From assembly GCA_043821645.1 (NCBI GenBank), contig JBDRCO010000098.1, positions 1 through 24,105 of the forward strand: 24,105 bases of DNA, read 5' to 3'. Position 1 is the first letter of the stretch. Each line of letters begins with the position of its first letter. Below, piece after piece: positions 17,241 through 24,105 of the stretch. The stretch is from Pseudomonadota bacterium (GTDB lineage: Bacteria > Myxococcota > JACRCW01 > JAFGSX01). A program made the position numbers and the translations under genes. Below the pieces are notes generated by a model. The model worked only from the letters and a program-made list of their open reading frames with translations. It did not search any database and was not told the origin of the DNA.

Positions 17241-17399
17241 GTGACACTCCTGCCCGGTCCGTTCTGAGATGATGCCATCTCCGGTCGCATCCACCAAGTC
17301 CGCGTCGAGATTCGCCCGCGCAGCGCGGCACCAAGTTTGAGGCAGACCCGGCCCGTGCTACGCTTCACCGAGAGGACAGGACAGCCTCGTGGACGGATC

Positions 17400-18314
17400 A
17401 TGACCTGCGGCCTGCCGCGACGATGCGCTCACCGATCCCGCCCCCCGGGCGCCTGGGCGCTGGTGTTGCTGCTCTGTGGCTGGGGAACTCCTGCGGCTCT
17501 CCGCGCGGACAATGCCCAGCTTCCGCGCGCCCTGGGTCTGTACGAGGAGATGCGCTACGAGGAGTCGGCACAGGCCCTGCGCGAGGCCCTGGCCCAGCGC
17601 GGCAACAGCCCCGACGAGGTCGCGACCATCTACCAGCACCTGGGGCTGGTGGCGGGCTACATGGACCGCCACGACGAGGCCGTCGACGCCTTCTCGCGCT
17701 GGCTGTGCATTGCACCCGACGCCAAGCTGGCCCAGGGGCTGTCGCCCAAGGTGCAGAAGCCCCTCGACGAGGCGCGGCAGCGCATGGCCGCGCAGCAGAC
17801 CTTCAAGCTGGTGCACACGCCCGTGGGCACGATGCCGGCAGCCGGCGGTCTGGAGCTGGATGCCGAGCTGCAGCCCGACGCGCTGGGCCTGGCCACCGGG
17901 GTGACCCTGCAGTATCGAGCGGTGGGCGCTCCCAGCTTCGCGGCCCTGCACCGCGACGGCAGCGGGCGCCTGATCTTCACCGTGTCGTCGAGCGAGCTGC
18001 CCGCGTGCCAGGACGCCGAGTACTTCTTGCAGATCAATGAGGCCCACGGCGGGGCCATCGGCCAGTTCGGCTCCGAGCGCACCCCCATCCGGGTGCGCGC
18101 CGCTCAGGCGGCGGTGGTCGCCACGGCTGCCGCCGGTGCCGCCGTCGACGAGGTGAGCGCACCCTTCTATGCGCAGACCTGGTTCCTGGTCGCCGCGGGC
18201 GTCGGTGCAGCCCTGCTGGTGGCGGGCGGAACGACCGTCGCGGTGGTCGCCCTGGCCCCGCCCGCGGCCGAGTCCGCGAGCTTTGGCGAGGTGAAGCAGG
18301 AGGTGGCGCGCTGA
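17400..18314 (+). CDS. Exported TPR-like protein with beta domain and C-terminal hydrophobic anchor (TPR 2)
   Basis: Signal ...VLLLCGWGTPAALRA. ALGLYEEMRYEES...AVDAFSRWLCIAPDAKL..GLSPKV, then VTLQYR...EYFLQ and PFYAQTWFLVAAGVGAALLVAGG. Start uncertain. Confidence 0.82.
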   Translation: MTCGLPRRCAHRSRPPGAWALVLLLCGWGTPAALRADNAQLPRALGLYEEMRYEESAQALREALAQRGNSPDEVATIYQHLGLVAGYMDRHDEAVDAFSRWLCIAPDAKLAQGLSPKVQKPLDEARQRMAAQQTFKLVHTPVGTMPAAGGLELDAELQPDALGLATGVTLQYRAVGAPSFAALHRDGSGRLIFTVSSSELPACQDAEYFLQINEAHGGAIGQFGSERTPIRVRAAQAAVVATAAAGAAVDEVSAPFYAQTWFLVAAGVGAALLVAGGTTVAVVALAPPAAESASFGEVKQEVAR

Positions 18315-18364
18315 GCGACTCCCTCTCTTCTCCCGGCTCTGCGGTCACCGGACTCGACGACGCG

Positions 18365-20170
18365 GTGGCGGTCGCCGACGAGCACCGCAAGCTCGGCCGC
18401 TTCGAGCTGCTGTACGAGCTGGCCGCCGGCGGCATGGCCACGCTCTACCTGGCACGGGTCTCGGGCCTGGCCGGCTTCGAGAAGCTGGTCGCCATCAAGC
18501 GCATCCACCCGCACCTGTCGCGCGAACGCCAGTTCATCGAGATGTTCCTCGACGAGGCGCGCATCGCGGCGCGCCTGCACCACCCCAACATCGCGCAGAT
18601 CTACGAGCTGGGCGAGGTGGACCGCAGCCTGTTCATCGCCATGGAGTACGTCGAGGGCGAGAGCCTGGCGCGCTTTGCCAGGGCCTACCTCAAGCTGCAG
18701 CGCGAGCGCGGTGGCCCCAAGGGGATGCCGATTCGCGAGTGCGCGGCGGTGGTGGCCGAGGCGGCGGCCGGTCTGCACGCGGCGCACGAGCTGCGCGGTG
18801 CCGACGGCGAGCCCCTGGAGCTGGTGCACCGGGACGTGTCGCCGCACAACATCCTGGTCACCTATGACGGCTACGTGAAGCTCATCGACTTCGGGGTGGC
18901 CAAGGCGCGCGGCCGCATCTCGCACACCCAGGGCTCCAGCGTGAAGGGCAAGGTGGCCTACATGTCGCCGGAGCAGATCCAGGCCCAGCCCCTGGACCGG
19001 CGCTCGGACGTGTTCTCCCTGGGCATCGTCCTGCACGAGATGACCTGCGGCCGTCGGCTGTTCAAGAGCGACATCGAGGTCGAGACCCTGCGCCAGATCC
19101 TGCAGGCCGACATCCCACGGCCGAGCAGCCTGCGCCCGGACTACCCGCCGCCGCTGGAGCAGGTGGTGATGAAGGCCCTGGCCCGCGATCCGGCGCAGCG
19201 CTACCAAACCGCCGACGAGATGCGCCGGGCCATCCTGAACGCGCTGCACGAGGGTGGGCCGCCGGTGGGGGCCTCGGAGATCGGCGCCCTGATGCGCGAC
19301 ATTTTCGGCGAGCGCATGCAGCTCAAGGCGCGTCTGCGCGAGGCACCGGAGCCCGGGCGCGCGGATCGGTCCGACGTCTCGGCCCTCATCGGCAGCAGCG
19401 ATACCCTGGAATTCAGCGCCAAGGTCAGCGAGGCGGCTGACGCGGTCCCCGCTGCCGTGACCGCGGGTCTCCCGGCCACGGCACCGAAGAAGCACCGCGG
19501 TCTGATCGCACTGGGTATTGGCGCGCTCGCCGCTGCCCTCGTCGTCGTCGCGGGTCTGTGGTGGCGTACGGCCAGCGCTCCCGAGGTGGGTGGCCTGCGC
19601 GTGGACAGCACGCCGCCAGGCGCCCAGGTGGCCGTCGACCACGGCCTGCGCACCGCCGTCACGCCCGCGGTCATTCCCGAGCTGGCGCTCGGGCCCCATG
19701 ATGTTCGGGTCTGGCTCAACGGCTACCAGGCCTACGAGAAGCAGATCGAGATCACCCAGCCAGGCCAGGAGTTCGTGCTCGACGCCACCCTGGTGCGGGA
19801 GGTGGAGCCCGTCCCCGAGGCGCCCGTGGCGCCGCCGGTCGAGCCCGTGGCCGCGCCAGCAGCGGAACCGCAGCCCCCCCCAGCGACGGAGCCTGTCAAG
19901 CACCCCCCGCGCGAACCCGTGCAGCCGGTGCGCAGGCCCGGTGCGAATCGCAGCTCGACCGAGAAGGGCAAGCTCACCCTCAAGACCATCCCCTGGTCCG
20001 AGGTCTCCCTGGGCAAGAAGAAGCTCGGCGTGACACCTCTGGTCGGCGTCGAGCTACCCGCGGGTTCACACCGCCTGACCTTGCTGCCCGAGGGCAAGCC
20101 ACCGGCCAGGACCGTGACCGTCAAGATCGCGCCCGGTGAGCACAGGCGCGAGGAGATCAAGCTCAAGTAG
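18365..20170 (+). CDS. Hanks-type Ser/Thr protein kinase with transmembrane helix and PEGA domains (kinase 2)
   Basis: LAAGGMATLYLA, VAIKRI, MFLDEARIAA, HRDVSPHNI, DFGVAK, KGKVAYMSPEQ. TM segment LIALGIGALAAALVVVAGLWW. PEGA GLRVDSTPPGAQVAVD and PWSEVSLGKKKLGVTP. Confidence 0.95.
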   Translation: MAVADEHRKLGRFELLYELAAGGMATLYLARVSGLAGFEKLVAIKRIHPHLSRERQFIEMFLDEARIAARLHHPNIAQIYELGEVDRSLFIAMEYVEGESLARFARAYLKLQRERGGPKGMPIRECAAVVAEAAAGLHAAHELRGADGEPLELVHRDVSPHNILVTYDGYVKLIDFGVAKARGRISHTQGSSVKGKVAYMSPEQIQAQPLDRRSDVFSLGIVLHEMTCGRRLFKSDIEVETLRQILQADIPRPSSLRPDYPPPLEQVVMKALARDPAQRYQTADEMRRAILNALHEGGPPVGASEIGALMRDIFGERMQLKARLREAPEPGRADRSDVSALIGSSDTLEFSAKVSEAADAVPAAVTAGLPATAPKKHRGLIALGIGALAAALVVVAGLWWRTASAPEVGGLRVDSTPPGAQVAVDHGLRTAVTPAVIPELALGPHDVRVWLNGYQAYEKQIEITQPGQEFVLDATLVREVEPVPEAPVAPPVEPVAAPAAEPQPPPATEPVKHPPREPVQPVRRPGANRSSTEKGKLTLKTIPWSEVSLGKKKLGVTPLVGVELPAGSHRLTLLPEGKPPARTVTVKIAPGEHRREEIKLK

Positions 20171-20210
20171 CGACTGTCCGCAATCCCGGATCCGTGTCAG
20201 CGGGTGCAAC

Positions 20211-21053
20211 ATGAAGGACATCGTCATCACCGGGGCCTCGCGCGGCATTGGGCGGGCGCTCGCGCTGGCGATTGCCCAGGGGAGTTCCGGCCCGCTTCGA
20301 CTGGTGCTCACCGCCCGCGACGAGGCCTCGCTGCGGGACGTGGCGAGCCAGGTCGAGGCCGCGGGAGCGAGCGCACTGAGCATTGCCGGGGACCTGTCGA
20401 CGCTGGCGGGATCCCGCGCGCTGGGCGAGGCCCTGGCCGCGACGCTGCAGGCACCGGCGACCCTGGTTCACAACGCCGGGCTGTGGCCCTCGCGCCGCGT
20501 GCTCACCGAGGACGGGCTGGAGACCGCCTTCGTCGTCAACTGCGTGGGTCCTGTGGTGATGCAGCAGGTCCTGCTCGCGCGACAGCTCGTCGATCGCATC
20601 CTTGTCGTCGGGGCAGGGCTGATGGTCAAGGGCCGCTACTCGACCGAGCGCACGCCCACAGGGCAGGACTTCTCGGCCTGGCGCACCTACTGCACCACCA
20701 AGCTGGCCTTCGCCGTGGCCGAGCGCGAGGTGGCGGCGCAGCACCCAGAGCTCGACGTCGTGGTGCTGCACCCCGGCGTGGTGCGGACCGACCTCGGTGC
20801 CCGGCGCGGCCCCCTGGGATGGCTGCTGCGCCTGGCCAAGCGCCGCTTCGAGAGCCCCGAGGTCTGCGCCGCTCGGCTCAAGGGCGTGCTGGAGCGCGAG
20901 CGCTGGTCGCCGCCGGGGCAGGCGCGCTGGCTGTTCGAGGACACCGAACAACCCTGGCCCGAAGTTGCCGAGGACGAGCGGACGCGACAGTCCATTCGCG
21001 AGATGATGGCCGCATACCTGGCGACGCCCCCTGGTGCTCATGCGCAGGCCTGA
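20211..21053 (+). CDS. SDR family NAD(P)-dependent oxidoreductase
   Basis: ITGASRGIG, HNAG, catalytic YCTTK and LHPGVVRTDL. Confidence 0.92.
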   Translation: MKDIVITGASRGIGRALALAIAQGSSGPLRLVLTARDEASLRDVASQVEAAGASALSIAGDLSTLAGSRALGEALAATLQAPATLVHNAGLWPSRRVLTEDGLETAFVVNCVGPVVMQQVLLARQLVDRILVVGAGLMVKGRYSTERTPTGQDFSAWRTYCTTKLAFAVAEREVAAQHPELDVVVLHPGVVRTDLGARRGPLGWLLRLAKRRFESPEVCAARLKGVLERERWSPPGQARWLFEDTEQPWPEVAEDERTRQSIREMMAAYLATPPGAHAQA

Positions 21054-21101
21054 GCGCGGCGGCCAGGAACCGGGCGCCAGAGGCGGGCAGGTGCCTTGCC
21101 C

Positions 21102-21623
21102 ATGACGTCAACATCGCCCCGGCTCGAGACAGGACCCTTCGTGCTCTGCGCACCGCACGAGCGTGCGCCAAAGCCACGTCGCATGGGCACAACGGACGGC
21201 CTGGGCGACAGGATGCGAACGGCGGCTTTTGCCGAGCTGCAGGCGGTGCAGGCCTTTGCCTGGGCCGCAGATCATTTTGACGACGTACCTGCCGAGCTGC
21301 GAACTGCCTGGCGGGCGCTGGTTCCCGACGAGCAACGGCACCTGGATGCGATCCTCGGTCGCATGGTCGAGCTCGCGCTGGCTGTCGACGCCCGACCCGT
21401 GTCCGCAGGGCTGTGGCAGGCGCTAGTAGGCTGCGCCAGCGGTCGCGACTTCGGCCTGCTCATCGCCAGTGCCGAGGAGCGAGGGCGTCAGTCCGCGATT
21501 CGCCTCGCGGGCTACCTGGGGACTCGCGATCCCACCACCGCCACGGTGTTTGCGACCATTGCCGACGAAGAGAGAGCCCACGTGGCGCTGGCGTCGCAGT
21601 ACCTGGGCCGGGCGCCGGTCTGA
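21102..21623 (+). CDS. Ferritin-like di-iron protein (DUF455-like)
   Basis: AELQA, DEQRH, AEERG and IADEERAHV give the two E...ExxH halves of a di-iron four-helix bundle. Confidence 0.78.
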   Translation: MTSTSPRLETGPFVLCAPHERAPKPRRMGTTDGLGDRMRTAAFAELQAVQAFAWAADHFDDVPAELRTAWRALVPDEQRHLDAILGRMVELALAVDARPVSAGLWQALVGCASGRDFGLLIASAEERGRQSAIRLAGYLGTRDPTTATVFATIADEERAHVALASQYLGRAPV

Positions 21624-21752
21624 GCACAGGTCGGTTCACGTCTGCATCCAGTGCGCAGGCGTGAGGGACGCGTGGTTGACGGATGATCTTCAGTCGGGCA
21701 AAGAAATCAGCGGCGGTGCGGGTGTATCTCGCGATGCAGACTGGGGGCTAAC

Positions 21753-23738
21753 GTGGGCGCGGCCGCGCGTGTTCTCGATCCAGTCAGGGCCACTTTCGTG
21801 GCCTTTCTGTATGGAGCACTTGTCCACTCCCTATTTGTGCTGGTGCAGATCCAGGCGCCACCAGGCGTCAGAGTGCTCGTTCATGTTTATGACCTCGCAC
21901 AGTTCTGTCTGTGCGGGCTGCTGTGCGCCTCGGTGGTGGCCATCTGGCAGCGCCTGGGGCCGTGGCGTCGAGGGACAACGGGTGCCGCGCTGTGGATCGC
22001 CTTTCAGGTGCTGGGCTTCATGACGCTGACGCTCGATCTGGAGAACTTTTCTCGCCGCACGAGTGGGGACAGCAGTCACTATCTCGTTCTCGTGCCCGCG
22101 GTGGTCCTCATCGCGAGCAGTGCACCTCTCACATGGTTGGTTGCAGGCCAGTGGCGTCCGTCGTGGTGGCGGGGTGTGTGTTTCTGTGCGGCGACGACGG
22201 GATTTGTCGCCAACGGTCTGATCCTGCCCCGGGACTACCCGGGTGGGCATCTCTTCCTGGCGCTGGCCTGTGCTCTTGCGCTGCGGGCGAGTCTGATGGG
22301 ACTTCGGCTTCCCGGCCGCATCGGCACATGGCCAGAGATCCTCGAGGTCCCCGGGCGGCGTAGAGCCATGTTGCTTGCCGTGGCCTGGGTGCTCCTGCTG
22401 TGTTCCGTCGTGGTTCCTCCGCCGGGGCGCGTGACCACGGCCTGGTCCAGATTCGATGGCGCCGTGCTGATGCCCTTCGTCGGCCGGGTCCATGCCCGCA
22501 TCCGCGAGCAGATGAGTTCGAGCGCGGTTGCGCACGCCTACAACAGTCCGTGGTTCCAGGACAGGAGTCGGCTCGCTGCGATACCTGCACGGCCTTACAA
22601 GGCGATTCCCGAAAACCCCATCGTGATCTTCTTGACCGTCGAAGCCCTGCGCGCTGACGTCGTCAATTCGCGGCAGTATGACGCGCAGATTCCCACCCTG
22701 GCGAGGATGCGTGACACCGGGTTGTGGTTCACGGCCGCCAGGACTGCGGGCACCAAGACCATCCCTTCGCTGGCAGCCCTGTTCTCGGGCGTCTACTTCT
22801 CGCAGCAGTACTGGATGCCCGTCGCGAAAGACGGGACGGGGCGCCCCAACACGGTGCGCGGGGATGAGCAGGTGAGGTTCCCGGAGCTGCTGCAGCGCGC
22901 AAACATCCGGACCCTGCACGCCCAGTCGATAGCCTGGCTCGCTCCCCCGAGTGGACTCGTGCGAGGGTTCGGAGAGATTTTCTACATCTCAAAACCCAAA
23001 AAGGAATACCCCGCGCTGTCCAGAGACGTGGCGCTGCACATCATGGACAAGCTCAGAGAACCCGTCGAGGGACCGCTGTTTCTGTATGCCCACTGGTACG
23101 ACCCCCATCATCCCTACAAGAGCTCCGAGGTCAAAGGCTCAGCCTTCGAACGCTACATCGGAGAGGTCGGGCTCATTGATCAGAGCCTGCACACGTTGGT
23201 GGAGTTTGTGCGCGACCGTGGACTCGAAGAACGGACCTTCTTCATCGTCAGCGCAGACCATGGTGAAGCATTCGGTGAGCACAAGAGTCAGCAGCATCCA
23301 GGGACCCTGTACGAAGAACTGCTGCGCGTGCCCCTGATCATCTCCGGACCCGGCGTCGAGCCCAGGGTGGTAACCCAGGCGGTGAGCTTGATCGATCTGG
23401 CCCCGACGGTGCTCGAGTTTTTCGGCCAGGCCACTCCAGGGCACTTCATGGGCGAAAGCCTGGTGCCATTCATGTTTGGTGAAACAGTCGCCCTGACTCG
23501 ACCCATCATCGCAGAGACCATGCTCAAGCAGTCCCTGGTTCTCGACAACGGCCTGAAGGTGATCGTGGACAATCACTATGGCCGCACAGAAGCTTATGAC
23601 CTCGATGCCGACCCCAAGGAACTCCACAACATCGTCGACAGCGACGAGCGGGTGCACACGCCCCTCGAGCTCCTGCGCGACTTCTTCATCGTCCATACGC
23701 TGCGCAAAGAGGGCTACACCCCACCTTTCTTCAATTGA
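21753..23738 (+). CDS. Multi-pass membrane protein with C-terminal sulfatase/alkaline-phosphatase-superfamily domain
   Basis: Several N-terminal hydrophobic segments. IFLTVEALRAD, TIPSLAALFSG, HWYDPHHPY, IVSADHGEAFGEH, LYEELLRVPLII, SLIDLAPT, YDLDADPKE. Confidence 0.87.
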   Translation: MGAAARVLDPVRATFVAFLYGALVHSLFVLVQIQAPPGVRVLVHVYDLAQFCLCGLLCASVVAIWQRLGPWRRGTTGAALWIAFQVLGFMTLTLDLENFSRRTSGDSSHYLVLVPAVVLIASSAPLTWLVAGQWRPSWWRGVCFCAATTGFVANGLILPRDYPGGHLFLALACALALRASLMGLRLPGRIGTWPEILEVPGRRRAMLLAVAWVLLLCSVVVPPPGRVTTAWSRFDGAVLMPFVGRVHARIREQMSSSAVAHAYNSPWFQDRSRLAAIPARPYKAIPENPIVIFLTVEALRADVVNSRQYDAQIPTLARMRDTGLWFTAARTAGTKTIPSLAALFSGVYFSQQYWMPVAKDGTGRPNTVRGDEQVRFPELLQRANIRTLHAQSIAWLAPPSGLVRGFGEIFYISKPKKEYPALSRDVALHIMDKLREPVEGPLFLYAHWYDPHHPYKSSEVKGSAFERYIGEVGLIDQSLHTLVEFVRDRGLEERTFFIVSADHGEAFGEHKSQQHPGTLYEELLRVPLIISGPGVEPRVVTQAVSLIDLAPTVLEFFGQATPGHFMGESLVPFMFGETVALTRPIIAETMLKQSLVLDNGLKVIVDNHYGRTEAYDLDADPKELHNIVDSDERVHTPLELLRDFFIVHTLRKEGYTPPFFN

Positions 23739-23774
23739 CATCCACGCTCCCCGGCGTCACCGAGGCTCCCGTTT

Positions 23775-24104
23775 TCACGCGCGGTAGATCGCGTGATCCC
23801 AGTAGCGCCGCGTGGGAATGCGCGGACCTCTCCAGCCCTGGCGCCGCAGCTCGCGGGCGATGAGGATGTTGATGAAGCCGTGGCCGGCGAGCAGCACCGT
23901 GCCGTGCTCGGCGGCCGCCTGCGCCAGCAGCAGGGCACCTTGTCTGGCGCGTCCGCGTGCAACCTCGACGGGTTCGGCGTCCAGGTTGCGACCCGAAAGC
24001 CACAGCACCCTGGAGATCGCTCCCCAGGTGTGCGGTCCCAGAGCGAGACGCCGCTGTGTCGGCGTCGGCAGATCCGCTTCGCGAAAGACCTGGTCGACGA
24101 TGGG
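23775..24104 (-). CDS. Histidine phosphatase (phosphoglycerate mutase-like) family protein, C-terminal part (runs off window end)
   Basis: Frame is open to the window edge: VFREADLP...W...RVLWLSG...VLLAGHGFINILIARELRRQGW. The RHG motif would lie outside the window. Confidence 0.75.
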   Translation of the reverse strand, partial: PIVDQVFREADLPTPTQRRLALGPHTWGAISRVLWLSGRNLDAEPVEVARGRARQGALLLAQAAAEHGTVLLAGHGFINILIARELRRQGWRGPRIPTRRYWDHAIYRA

Positions 24105-24105
24105 C

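Noticed and set aside
23745-23775. Intrinsic terminator between convergent genes
   Set aside because: Only a short imperfect hairpin is present, which is not convincing.

Overview
High-GC bacterial DNA with Myxococcota-type gene content: Ser/Thr kinases with PEGA domains, a MYXO-CTERM tail, Cys-rich repeats and Asp-rich linkers. The left end holds treY (partial), treZ, a membrane metallophosphoesterase, an alpha/beta hydrolase, a PrmA-like methyltransferase and a DoxX protein. The middle holds two similar cell-surface modules, each with a Ser/Thr kinase-PEGA gene, a TPR-like membrane protein and a large Gly-rich exported protein. Between them lie a MYXO-CTERM-anchored heparinase II/III-like lyase and a thioesterase. 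The right end holds an SDR, a ferritin-like protein, a sulfatase-fold membrane enzyme and a partial histidine phosphatase. Main finding: the Gly-rich lipoprotein gene on the minus strand (17240 to 15114) has a single in-frame TGA at 15440-15438 in a G-D-C-T-[TGA] context. The frame continues open for 107 more codons that complete the domain, and a SECIS-like hairpin follows the TGA directly. It is therefore a candidate unannotated surface selenoprotein (C-x-U) lying next to a kinase signalling module.
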